Below, in pieces: positions 9,174 to 19,928 of a stretch of 64,000 nt of DNA. The notes beneath the pieces were generated by a model. That model worked only from the letters and a program-made list of their open reading frames with translations, searched no databases and had not been told where the DNA came from. Source of the stretch: TPA_inf: Saccharomyces (lineage: Eukaryota); NCBI GenBank assembly GCA_000146045.2, contig BK006937.2:192001-256000 (forward strand), in the 5' to 3' direction. Position numbers and translations under genes: made by a program. Position 1 is the first letter of the stretch, and each line of letters opens with the position of its first letter.

Positions 9174-12100
9174 TCAATTCTTAGCATCATTCTTTGTTCT
9201 TATCTTAACCATAAACGATCTTGATGTGACTTTTGTAATTTGAACGAATTGGCTATACGGGACGGATGACAAATGCACCATTACTCTAGGTTGTTGTTGG
9301 ATCTTAACAAACCGTAAAGGTAAACTGCCCATGCGGTTCACATGACTTTTGACTTTCCTTTGTTTGCTAGTTACCTTCGGCTTCACAATTTGTTTTTCCA
9401 CTTTTCTAACAGGTTTATCACCTTTCAAACTTATCTTTATCTTATTCGCCTTCTTGGGTGCCTCCACAGTAGAGGTTACTTCCTTTTTAATATGTACTTT
9501 TAGGATACTTTCACGCTTTATAACAATATCAAGTTTACCTTCTTCATTACTATTCATCTTCGCCACAAGTCTTCTCTCCCTTGGTGTTTCCAATCTAACT
9601 ACAAAACTGTTGATTAGGGTGTACATCACCCTAACAAGATCATGTATTTGCTTCCTCTGGTACAAGCTAAGAACAGGTAAATTCAAAACATCCCAGAGTA
9701 ATATCTTCAAAGGGCTATACCCTTTAAACATATCTCGGCATATTTGTATTAACCCACTAATATTTTGACGGCCAATCTTTTCTATTTTTATTTTCATATC
9801 ATCGACGTAATGACCACTTAAAAACAACTCAATATCATCCTCACTTTTTATATTTTTAACTTCATTGTGCACAGATTGGACGGAGGACTTAATATCGTCA
9901 CTTATGGTATCCAAACTACCATCCATAACAACTAGATTTACACATTCAGAAAGCACATCAACACTTTTATCCCTAATATAAGAATCCTCATGGAAGCAAA
10001 GTATTTCAGTAAACAAAACAAGGGCATCCTTGTTTTTTAAACCACCTTCTAAAAGCATGATTTTCAAAACCATTAAAAACTCATTCTGAAAGCTTTCCCT
10101 GGAAATATCTCCGTTATTTATACCTAATGTTAATGTATGCATTATCATTCCTGTCAATTCCGTAAAGTCATAAGCACCCACTTTATGCAATTTGTACTTA
10201 GCATACATGATAGTAGTCTTAATCAAAGACTCGTATGATGAAAGCCAATTCACCAAATTTTCGTACCTCAATAACTGAGTCTTAACTTTTTCCATATATG
10301 CTTTATCTTTATACTCATTTAAAGCAACTTTAACAACATTTTCAATCAAGCTGCGGACGTACGCATCATCACTGTATTTATTTTCACCATTCTCATTATA
10401 AACAAGAATATCCAGTAAAAATTGCTTCACCAATTTTGGACATTTACCATTTTCATTTTTCACTTTAGCCAAATATTTGGGAATATTACACTGTAAGAAA
10501 TACAACTTAGGATTCTCAAAGTTATTACTCTTTGGAATATTAGAGTCTTCTAGGCAAAACAAAATCTGAAAAATCTGAATTAAATGCTTAACACCGCCAG
10601 TAAAATCCGGATCATATACGTATTTACTAAGCGCTTCGCACGCCGCGAGTCTTATGCCAAAAAAGTAACGCTCGTCGATCGCCGTTCTAAACAAAATACT
10701 TGAATAAACAAGTGATTTCACACCACCATTAACAACGACGTCCTCATAATATCGTATGGCTTCTAGTTGGGCCTCTATGTCCCCATCTTGTCTCAACTGA
10801 GAAGAAAACATGTAATCCGGCTGATTAATGTGCATTTGGCAAATCCATTCCAGATCAGAGTCTATGCGTATCCACTCAAATGCTTCGTTTTGCTTAAGCA
10901 ATTCATTACTCTCAGACGTACGATTAAATTCCGTCAAACTGAATCGGGAACACTCTTCGGGCGACATGTATACATTTCCTAGACAATTCACATCCACAAC
11001 AATAGGCTTCTCCTCATTATTGTTTTCAACACCATTTTCATCATTTGCACCACCACCTCTTTTCCTTAATCTTCTGTACTTTGTATTGTACTGAATATCT
11101 ATTTTTGTGAATGTATCTTTGATTTCCACAATATGCTCATACGGAGTACCATCGTGTTCATGGATCCTTATAGTCATCGAGCCCGTGAAGCATTCGGTTC
11201 GGTTCAAATCTGGATGTTCTAAGTGGTCTAGTGCACTTTTGAAAAATCCTTCCTCCCCTACCACTTTTTCGTGGCCAAGTTCTTCATCTTGAACTTGCCT
11301 TATACCCAGTTCTATAACCATCCTCTTCCTATTAAATCTTTGGGTGACACGTAATATGGGTACCCCAGACCCATATACCCATTCGTTGAAAAAATTCTCT
11401 AATTTACTTTTATTAACTCTTTCGCAAACATGTTGAAAATGCGATGAAGTCAACGAATTATTCGGTAAATCACCAGACATAGCTTGAAGGAAAATTTTAG
11501 GTAATACTCGAGACATACCGAAAGATCGTTCTGTTTTAGTCATCCTTCTGTCAAGTATGTGTAGTATCATCGGTGCCTTCAATTGTATAAAGGACAAATC
11601 TTTAGAAGACCAAGATATTGGCCTAGAACTGCCGGTAAAAGTGCTCCCAATAGGCGGTTTCTCGAAGTCTTGTTCCACAATCGCCTCACTATTACGCTTT
11701 AATTGATATTTATACGTGTTATTACCCATTAATTTTTTGGTTACCTGAAACACCATATAACCAGCAATACCAAGACAGCACCAGTAGTCGTTCATATCTA
11801 AAGGAGTTATATTCACACAAGACCATTGGTTAGCAAGTGCCCATGCTAACTCATTCGTAGTACTGAATGCTTTATCAATAACTTCTAGAGGGTACAATAA
11901 TCTGGTATTACAAATGCCTAATGCTGCAAAATCCATATGCTTAGAAGGTGCGGTAGGTAAAAACACCATAGAGTAACAAGTGAAAGGATAAGACCCAAAT
12001 TCTTTCGAGTAGAAATCTATAATTTTTTGGCAGACAACTGTCGAATTTATAACTGTTAACTCATCTGTTTCCTGCGTCGGAAGTGTGAAAATTTGAATGG

Positions 12101-13397
12101 GTATAATATCCGAACCAATGTCGTCATCCATAGTATCGTTAACATTGTCCACAACATTCTCTCTCAACTTGTCTTCCTCTACTTCGTCCTCGGCATCAAC
12201 ACTTGGAGGTGATATCAAAGGTAAAGACCATGAATTAAAGGCGCCTATAGCCCAACCAATGTGATGTGGAGCCACAGGATTAATTATCTGAAATATGCAT
12301 TTTTTTTTCGTCAAATCAATCGGGTGCGGAAGTTCTTTAATATTTGAATATTCTGAACAACACACAATCACATCCCTCAAACTCGGATTGTTGCTTTCCT
12401 CAATATTCCGCCTTTCCTCTTCCCCTTCCTCTTCCTCTTCGTCACTTTCGCCTTCCTCTTCTTCTTCATCATTATCTTGTGCATCTTTGCTTTTACTATT
12501 TTTGCCTTCTTCGTCATTTTTCAAGTTAGAATCCTTATCTTCGTCTTTGATAACTCTTGCCGGCTTCCCCTCTTCCTCTTCATCGTGCTCAGGCGTATCC
12601 TCCTTCTCTTTTTCACTCTCTTCTCCATTTTGTCCGATTAATTTCGAAGTACCTATATTTTTAACCAATCTCGGTACGCTGAATTCTAACTCCCATGTAG
12701 ATTTTTCATCAAGCAAATCGACACATGGGACCCAATATGATGCAGAACTGCAAATCTCACCATTTGAAGTGTAAACGTTCCATAACCAGGGCTTGTCAGC
12801 ATACACAGTATCGAATTTAATACCCGACTTTGGGTTTCTGATTTCATATTCAATTTGTAATGTAATTGGAGTGAAAACAGATTCTTGAAACCCAGGGGTA
12901 GTCTTAATTGAAGGAGTAATCGGAGTGTAATTACTTAATGCATTGGCGTCCTCCAAAGATATTTTGATGGAAGATGGTATTTTTATAGTTAACTGGGATT
13001 TAGAGTCCGTTTCTGGGTATTCATTCAAGCTAGCAAACTTAGATCTCAAAAAATGTGACTGTTCAATGGAATTGTCGCTGTATAATACATTTTGTGAAGT
13101 CAATCCATTCAAATTTGTTTGAAGTGGGTCGTCATGAATAAATTGATCACATCGACGATTTTCGACCAGAACATCTTTAATAGTCATTTCCTTGCAATCA
13201 AAAGTTACATATTCTAGGTTTTGGATCAACGGAATGATTATTATAGTAGCGCTACCGGTAATGCAGTGAGTAGCTAGATCTATATCCAACGAGATTTTTT
13301 CATGGGCAACTCTAAAATTTCTAAACTTCATCTCATGCAAAGTGCTAGATTCACTAACAATGGCTCTAGGAGTGGCGTTTTTGGAAAAGGACATCAT
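9174..13397 (-). CDS. TAF2: TFIID subunit TAF2 (M1-aminopeptidase-like fold, acidic Glu/Asp tract, basic C-terminal tail)
   Basis: A 1407-aa ORF lies immediately distal to MAT. It has an acidic block EEEEGESDEEEEEGEEE and a K-rich C-terminus. Position matches YCR042C. The start was taken at the MMSF ATG (13397) rather than the track's upstream start at 13406. Confidence 0.88.
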   Translation of the reverse strand: MMSFSKNATPRAIVSESSTLHEMKFRNFRVAHEKISLDIDLATHCITGSATIIIIPLIQNLEYVTFDCKEMTIKDVLVENRRCDQFIHDDPLQTNLNGLTSQNVLYSDNSIEQSHFLRSKFASLNEYPETDSKSQLTIKIPSSIKISLEDANALSNYTPITPSIKTTPGFQESVFTPITLQIEYEIRNPKSGIKFDTVYADKPWLWNVYTSNGEICSSASYWVPCVDLLDEKSTWELEFSVPRLVKNIGTSKLIGQNGEESEKEKEDTPEHDEEEEGKPARVIKDEDKDSNLKNDEEGKNSKSKDAQDNDEEEEEGESDEEEEEGEEERRNIEESNNPSLRDVIVCCSEYSNIKELPHPIDLTKKKCIFQIINPVAPHHIGWAIGAFNSWSLPLISPPSVDAEDEVEEDKLRENVVDNVNDTMDDDIGSDIIPIQIFTLPTQETDELTVINSTVVCQKIIDFYSKEFGSYPFTCYSMVFLPTAPSKHMDFAALGICNTRLLYPLEVIDKAFSTTNELAWALANQWSCVNITPLDMNDYWCCLGIAGYMVFQVTKKLMGNNTYKYQLKRNSEAIVEQDFEKPPIGSTFTGSSRPISWSSKDLSFIQLKAPMILHILDRRMTKTERSFGMSRVLPKIFLQAMSGDLPNNSLTSSHFQHVCERVNKSKLENFFNEWVYGSGVPILRVTQRFNRKRMVIELGIRQVQDEELGHEKVVGEEGFFKSALDHLEHPDLNRTECFTGSMTIRIHEHDGTPYEHIVEIKDTFTKIDIQYNTKYRRLRKRGGGANDENGVENNNEEKPIVVDVNCLGNVYMSPEECSRFSLTEFNRTSESNELLKQNEAFEWIRIDSDLEWICQMHINQPDYMFSSQLRQDGDIEAQLEAIRYYEDVVVNGGVKSLVYSSILFRTAIDERYFFGIRLAACEALSKYVYDPDFTGGVKHLIQIFQILFCLEDSNIPKSNNFENPKLYFLQCNIPKYLAKVKNENGKCPKLVKQFLLDILVYNENGENKYSDDAYVRSLIENVVKVALNEYKDKAYMEKVKTQLLRYENLVNWLSSYESLIKTTIMYAKYKLHKVGAYDFTELTGMIMHTLTLGINNGDISRESFQNEFLMVLKIMLLEGGLKNKDALVLFTEILCFHEDSYIRDKSVDVLSECVNLVVMDGSLDTISDDIKSSVQSVHNEVKNIKSEDDIELFLSGHYVDDMKIKIEKIGRQNISGLIQICRDMFKGYSPLKILLWDVLNLPVLSLYQRKQIHDLVRVMYTLINSFVVRLETPRERRLVAKMNSNEEGKLDIVIKRESILKVHIKKEVTSTVEAPKKANKIKISLKGDKPVRKVEKQIVKPKVTSKQRKVKSHVNRMGSLPLRFVKIQQQPRVMVHLSSVPYSQFVQITKVTSRSFMVKIRTKNDAKN

Positions 13398-14260
13398 GAA
13401 GTCCACCTATTTATCCTGTTGTCACCTCTTCACTGTCCAAAACTTCATCAAAAAATACTTTTACATCCGTTCCATTTTACTATAGTTTTCATCTTACGCA
13501 ATTTACCAATTGCCCCATTCGGCAAAAGTATTTAAGTGTTACCCGGTTACTTAAGGTAATACCAAAAATATTCACTATATTGAAAGTTCTATGTATTTTA
13601 TTGAATTAAATAAGACTGATTTTGTAGCACGATATCCGCAAGAATGATTCACAACCATTTTAGATGTCTGCAGCTTTTTTTTTTTTGATTTTTTTACTAA
13701 TTTTAGTGCGATTTTAGAATAACTCTTGGATTAAATAAATAAAAAAAATACAATTATCACTCAGATTTTGAAGCAATCTGATAAAAATTGCAGCATATTA
13801 TTATAACAATTCTAGTTCACTACAAACAGCACATTATCAAGAAACTTATGTTTGATGGACAGTTTCTTCAAATAATTGAATGCAGTAAAAAATAAAAAAA
13901 ATAACCATGGAATATGTTTCTAAGAATTCGCAATCCTTGTTTATATAACTATAGCTTTTTTTATGTTATAAGAAAACATTTATTCCTTTAACCAAAAGGA
14001 AAAAGGTAACAACCCCACTTACCCCTCTGTCAATAGTTAATCATTTTATTATTTTCAACTTTAAACATCCAAAAAAAATAAAATAAATTAAATTAAAATC
14101 AAATAGAAAATGCATTATTACTATAATAATATCTCTATGTAGACATATACATATTATTTCATTGCTTTTTGTAATAAACGAGGAAAATGGTGGGATAAAA
14201 AAATGCATTGTTATTCCTTCGAAACCAGCAGTAATAAGTCGTCCTGAGAACGATGTAGAT

Positions 14261-14644
14261 TTAGATCTTTACATGTTGGTACTCTAAATCACCTCCTTCC
14301 ATCTTAAAGTCGTCCTTCTTCTTGCTCCAATCAAACTTGCTTTTCTTGCTGCTGGGACACCAATTTAAACTTATTAACCAGATAGTAAACAAAATCATGA
14401 AACAACAGAAATAACACCAAAAATGATCGTAAACGTGACCCCTTATGATATCACACACTGAATAATCATACACTTCATCGTCTATAACCAGTCCATAATT
14501 GAAATAACCGAGTCCGTATTTCAATACAGGTTTATATCCACCTTCATCGGTAAACGTACTTGGACTCAAAACTGTGCTTAGATCATTAGTTCCTTGGAAT
14601 GCATGTTCTCTCAATAAGGAAGCATCAAGTGGAGCTGGGATCAT
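14261..14644 (-). CDS. Small (127 aa) protein of unknown function with one hydrophobic segment (YCR043C-like)
   Basis: An intact ORF with a plausible TM segment (FWCYFCCFMILFTIWLISL). The only support is position and ORF integrity. Confidence 0.55.
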   Translation of the reverse strand: MIPAPLDASLLREHAFQGTNDLSTVLSPSTFTDEGGYKPVLKYGLGYFNYGLVIDDEVYDYSVCDIIRGHVYDHFWCYFCCFMILFTIWLISLNWCPSSKKSKFDWSKKKDDFKMEGGDLEYQHVKI

Positions 14645-14876
14645 CCTTTGCCAAAGTACGTTAAGAGCGCTTTCACTGCCTACTGTTGCCCCAAAAATTT
14701 CTTGGCCTTATCTTGGCACAAATATTCTTTTGCATTTAGTTCTATACATACAGAAAGAGCGAAAAAAAAGTGAAAAATAAACAGAATGTGATAACGGTAA
14801 AAGAAAATCAAAAATAAACAAAAAAAAATACATATATAACTATTATTCATGATAGTAAACAGGTGAATTAAGATAT

Positions 14877-15950
14877 TTAGTACAATTGTCTATTACCCCA
14901 ATAGGCATAATCCTCGAGGAAAAAGTCGTACAATACCCACGAGGGCCATATTGTGCACAGATGCCATAGCGCATGGGCATCAATCTGCCATTCGTAACTA
15001 AAAAAGTCAAACAGTTCCAATGACATGGCCATTGTGGTTACAATCACAAGAAGAATTGGAATGACACACAGTTTGAAGATTTGCCGCTTGAAGCTGGAGT
15101 ACGCGGTTTTCTTGAATTCGCCCATTAGCTTTTGCTTTTGCAGAGCATGGTAGTTTTGGCATGATAACATTATCAATAAAATATACTGTAAAACACCGAA
15201 AAAAATGTTGAATCTCATGTTGTATGTGTACGACCAGTCAACATAGAGTCTCAAGATGTGCAGGGCAAAGATTGCCGCAACTGACGCAGTGAACGCTTGT
15301 GCTATCTTGGGGTACAGGAACATGGAAGTCATTCTTGCAAATATTGCATGAAACCCTGTTAGGACAGTTAAACCTGCGAAAAAGTAATCTAGCTTCTCCG
15401 TTATGATCAAATCACGACAGTGAAAGACCGAGCTTGCTGTCCAAGCCAACATTCCCGCCACAGTAACGTAAAGGTAGTTCCAAATCAGTATACTTCTGCT
15501 GTTTTTTCTCCTCCTATCTCCCTCTTCGCGTATGATTCTAGAAAACTTTACAAATCCCTTATAATGTGGAATAAAGTTACCTATACTGAATATCGTCGAG
15601 AAGAATTCCTGAGTCCCCAATACTCTCAAAAATGGCCATTTCCCATGGAATTGGTATATTTCTTCCTCTTCGTCAATTCTCCAGCGCGTAATGATGTGCT
15701 GACATTGGTAATCACAATCTGAGATACAATCCCAGAACAATAACTTAGAGTACAAAGGCGGGGTATCGAAAAACTCAATATCATGAAACATGTTGGTTTC
15801 AGGGTCAATGTAGTTTATTTGGGAATTCGGACATCTTCTGTTATACTCGCACGCATACGTACAGTCTATAAACTCATCTAAATTATCTCCTGGAGAGCAT
15901 GTCACTAGGAAACAGTGAACAAGTAGGGTCACAACCACAGCTAACCTCAT
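14877..15950 (-). CDS. PER1: ER protein of the PER1 family (GPI-anchor lipid remodelling), multi-TM with an N-terminal signal peptide
   Basis: N-terminal signal-like MRLAVVVTLLVHCFLVTCS, a Cys-rich lumenal segment and a C-terminal TM bundle with conserved His residues. Position matches YCR044C. Confidence 0.85.
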   Translation of the reverse strand: MRLAVVVTLLVHCFLVTCSPGDNLDEFIDCTYACEYNRRCPNSQINYIDPETNMFHDIEFFDTPPLYSKLLFWDCISDCDYQCQHIITRWRIDEEEEIYQFHGKWPFLRVLGTQEFFSTIFSIGNFIPHYKGFVKFSRIIREEGDRRRKNSRSILIWNYLYVTVAGMLAWTASSVFHCRDLIITEKLDYFFAGLTVLTGFHAIFARMTSMFLYPKIAQAFTASVAAIFALHILRLYVDWSYTYNMRFNIFFGVLQYILLIMLSCQNYHALQKQKLMGEFKKTAYSSFKRQIFKLCVIPILLVIVTTMAMSLELFDFFSYEWQIDAHALWHLCTIWPSWVLYDFFLEDYAYWGNRQLY

Positions 15951-16134
15951 ATTTCTTGCCACACTTCTGTTTCTTTTCTCCCGAAGGGTATGGTTTCACA
16001 CCTTAGGTTGCTCTTTTATTCGCTTTATGAAAAATGAAAAATGAAAAGTACAAGAATACGCAAGAGAAGAGCGAAAAAACTAATGTTGACATGACATTAT
16101 GCAATAATTTATTTATGAGAGAAAGAGAAAAACA

Positions 16135-17610
16135 CTACAAATTTTTCATAAAATCACGCCTCTTCAATCGAATCTCACCAAGAGGTAGTGTGACATCGTT
16201 ATTCCAACCCCACAGTTTTGAACCAGATTGAAGATTCTCAGACATAGGAGTTTGTAAAGTGGCATTGTACTCCTCCAGTTCCTTAGCAATTGCCTCTATG
16301 TTCAATCGAGGGAACGTTTCGTCGTCATATGGATCGTCCAGTTTATCGACGCCGTTGTAAAGAATCTGGTTTGGCGTAGAAGGCTTGAAAAACAACGTTC
16401 TTCTATGGAAAACATTACGCGTGGACAAATACTCAATCTCCTGTGCTATCATTTCAGGCTCAATTCCCTTCGAGAGTAGGATCGCTGCAACTCCGGTGAC
16501 AATGGGCGTCGACATAGATGTACCTGACAAAATTAAAGTGTCGTTGTAGTTCAGATGAGATAGCGACTCAATTTCCACGCCTGGGGCAAAGATGTTTACA
16601 CAGGGCCCCCAATTGCTGAACTTGGCAATCGTGTCAATGTGGTCATCAAAGGCCCCTACGGTGATAACGTTTTCTGCAGACGCAGGTGAGGCCCAGTAGG
16701 CGTCTAAATTGAAGTTCCCCGCCGCGGCAACAAATACAATACCTTCTTCAATGGCCCCCTCCACTGCCATGTTGATTATGGGGCTCCTGAAACTCCCTAG
16801 ACTTAGATTGGCCACGCATTTTTTACCCTGTGGGCGACTGACCTTTGTGCAATGTTCCACGATGAACTCCAGACCACTAAGAACGTTACTGGCCTCGCCA
16901 GACCCGTCTTTGCCCAAGACTTTGACCTCCACAAGATTGACCCTCTTTGCCGCTCCATACGTTTTGGAACCTACGAGTCCCGCCACGTGCGTTCCGTGGC
17001 CATTCTGGTCGCCAAACCCTTCTTTGGTCAAGTCAATCCCCTGGATGACTCTGTCTTCGAATTCCGGATGGTCCGCGAAGATACCCGTATCCATGATATA
17101 GGCGTTGACGTCTTGACCTTGATAGTCGTGTTCATAGTAGTAATTGAACCAGCTTTTGTAGCGGTCCTTGTCCCCAACGTCGAATGGGAGTTGGTAGTGG
17201 CGGGAAATCCGGGCCAAGTGACGGGGTGCGTCTGGTTGATACGTTATATTTTGCTCTTCCTCGACGTCTTCGTACGAGTATTTGGCGGTAGCGTTAAACG
17301 TATAACTCGACTCGGCGCTATTTACACTGTCGCCTTCAAAAGCTTCGAACCTGAAGTTGGGCACAATATCAGCCACCAGTGGGCTTTTCTTCAGCTTGTT
17401 CACTAAGTTCTTGGACAGGTTCATGGTCACGCCGCGGAAGGATCCGATGGAGAATTTCTTCTCAATTTTGTTGTCGATGAACTGTCTCCATGACCTGTTG
17501 GAATTCGAAGTGAATTGTTGGAATGCTGTGGGATTTTTGAACCTCACCAAATACTCCTCTGCGTATGCGAGGTTGACCAGCAAAGAGATGAGTATGCACT
17601 GTGGCTTCAT
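16135..17610 (-). CDS. RRT12: Subtilisin-like serine protease (S8 family), sporulation-related
   Basis: The catalytic triad motifs are visible: DTGIFADHPEF (Asp), HGTHVAGLVGS (His) and GTSMSTPIVTG (Ser). An N-terminal signal peptide is present. Confidence 0.85.
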   Translation of the reverse strand: MKPQCILISLLVNLAYAEEYLVRFKNPTAFQQFTSNSNRSWRQFIDNKIEKKFSIGSFRGVTMNLSKNLVNKLKKSPLVADIVPNFRFEAFEGDSVNSAESSYTFNATAKYSYEDVEEEQNITYQPDAPRHLARISRHYQLPFDVGDKDRYKSWFNYYYEHDYQGQDVNAYIMDTGIFADHPEFEDRVIQGIDLTKEGFGDQNGHGTHVAGLVGSKTYGAAKRVNLVEVKVLGKDGSGEASNVLSGLEFIVEHCTKVSRPQGKKCVANLSLGSFRSPIINMAVEGAIEEGIVFVAAAGNFNLDAYWASPASAENVITVGAFDDHIDTIAKFSNWGPCVNIFAPGVEIESLSHLNYNDTLILSGTSMSTPIVTGVAAILLSKGIEPEMIAQEIEYLSTRNVFHRRTLFFKPSTPNQILYNGVDKLDDPYDDETFPRLNIEAIAKELEEYNATLQTPMSENLQSGSKLWGWNNDVTLPLGEIRLKRRDFMKNL

Positions 17611-17913
17611 GACCAGTGTTTTTTTGCTGTTTTTCTTGGCGGATGTTAGAGGATGTCTAGCACTTGAGTATACCTCTATATGCTGTGTAAAATAGAAAAT
17701 AAAAAAGCCAATGAGAACAATATTTTGTGTCGTTTTTTTTATTTTCGCTTCAATTCTCTATACACGTACGTCATCACTACGGGAAACCAAAAAAAAAAAA
17801 AAGAAAACAGTACAAAAAGGTTTACTTTACCCATAGTTAGTATACGTAGATTTTATACACGCACTATTTTTCTTATATACAGGAGATGGGTGGCCACAGA
17901 ACCCGCGCCTAGC

Positions 17914-18444
<531 letters not shown>

Positions 18445-18717
18445 TCAGCAGCTGCTCAGAGGGAAGACTCGATTCTTCTTCTTCTTCTTTACTGGGAGTT
18501 CCAAAGCACCAAAATTGAAAACCAAGAAAAAAAGGAAAATACATCACTACATAAAAGTGCGCGGAGCCATTGACCACTCACATACAGATATAAGTGTATA
18601 TATACAAGTATACATATACAAGTATACATGTAGAAGGAGACAGAGACAGAGGGAAATGTATAAGTGTGTATTTTTATAGTATACAAAAGAATATGCGTGT
18701 GAGGATGTGTGTTTCTT

Positions 18718-19545
18718 CTAGAACCTGTGTCTTCTTTTCCTCCCGGTGAACTTGGAGTCCTTCGCAACTTTCCTCCCACGTCTTTTCATGAGCTCCTTCT
18801 TTCTTAGAATGAAACTCTTGGCAGACTCCTTGTCTTTGCCTCCCTTCAAGCGCTGGCGCAGTTGTTTCTTCAAGTTGACGTTCTCCTCGTCCATGGTCAC
18901 ACCGTCCAAATTCACCTGCTCCTCCCCCTGCGGTGGGGCCCCACTGCTCAACACAAGGTAGTACTTCTTATTCTTTTTAGACTCTGGGTCGTCCACCACA
19001 AGCCCGCCACTGAACCCTGCCACCTTGGCAGACTGCAGTATGTCGTCCACCTGGTCGTCGTTTTTCGGGTAGAACTGGGCCACAAATTTCCCTCCCTTCT
19101 TCAGTGCAGCATACAATGTGTTGAAAAACCTCATCAACCGCTGTTTAGGATCGTTGTATGAAGTGTCCGCATTGCACAGCCATTGGATCGCACTGATACT
19201 AATAGCCGCGTCAAACGAGCCCGCCCGGAACGGTATCCCGGTGCCCATATCCTGCAACATCAAGTCGCCCTCCAGCTCTCTACTAAGACCGGTCGCAAGC
19301 ATGCTGGGCGATATATCCAAACCACACCACACATGGTCTCCCTCCTGCGTCAAAATCTCCCCAGACAGTCCGGACCCGCACCCGATATCCAGAATGAAAC
19401 TGCACGGCTGCAGATTCAAAAGCTCCAACGCCCTCAGCGTCATCTTCGCCTGGATATGCTGCACTCTGGTCGAACCCGTGTACTTGTGTGCTTCGCTATC
19501 ATTATAGAAAATCTCCGGTGGTGCCAACTCCTCAGGACGTGACAT
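18718..19545 (-). CDS. BUD23: SAM-dependent 18S rRNA (m7G1575) methyltransferase
   Basis: Class I methyltransferase motif I, ILDIGCGSGLSG, and a basic C-terminal tail. Confidence 0.9.
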   Translation of the reverse strand: MSRPEELAPPEIFYNDSEAHKYTGSTRVQHIQAKMTLRALELLNLQPCSFILDIGCGSGLSGEILTQEGDHVWCGLDISPSMLATGLSRELEGDLMLQDMGTGIPFRAGSFDAAISISAIQWLCNADTSYNDPKQRLMRFFNTLYAALKKGGKFVAQFYPKNDDQVDDILQSAKVAGFSGGLVVDDPESKKNKKYYLVLSSGAPPQGEEQVNLDGVTMDEENVNLKKQLRQRLKGGKDKESAKSFILRKKELMKRRGRKVAKDSKFTGRKRRHRF

Positions 19546-19928
19546 TATTTCTTCTCTGATATATTTCCTGTGTTTCCGTACCGCACCTTTTTAGCACTAC
19601 TTTTTTACTATGCTCTTCTTCTTCTGCTTCTTCTGCTTTTTTCCTCTTTATCACACTATGTATGTGCTGCTCATCTCTTCTTTTTATCGATAAAATTGAA
19701 AAATGTGAGATGGTGTAGAGTGAAAAAAAAAAAAAAATCTGGCTTGGCCATCAAATACCCGGCCGTGGTTGGACTCGTTTAGCGAACAATAGCACCCAGC
19801 AGACCCTGGCAACATGCGGATGATATAAGAAGGACGAGCGTGGTGGAGGAAAGGGGCGCCATTGGCACACTCACGCAGGTGGTTGTTCAGCACGGCTTGC
19901 AGCAAGAGCGCCAAAACAGATTGCAAGA

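Larger units (their letters stand above)
6671..9177. other. MAT: MAT locus (MATalpha allele) spanning W-X-Yalpha-Z1-Z2. Approximate sub-boundaries: W ~6671-7393, X ~7394-8096, Yalpha ~8097-8850, Z1/Z2 ~8851-9177.
   Basis: Both alpha1 and alpha2 coding sequences, the divergent promoter and the HO site are present. Sub-boundaries were inferred from the known sizes of W/X/Yalpha/Z and the Y/Z junction at the HO site. They are not independently verifiable here because HML/HMR are outside the window. Confidence 0.8.

Noticed and set aside
8911-9243. 110-aa plus-strand ORF spanning the MAT Z region and the 3' end of TAF2 (corresponds to the dubious ORF YCR041W)
   Set aside because: It is entirely antisense to the end of TAF2 and lies within the Z1/Z2 homology block. 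The composition is hydrophobic and low-complexity, with no recognisable domain. Most likely it is not a gene.
12295-12774. 159-aa Ser/Leu-rich plus-strand ORF
   Set aside because: It is the antisense frame of the TAF2 acidic tract, an artefact of the GAA/GAG codon repeats.
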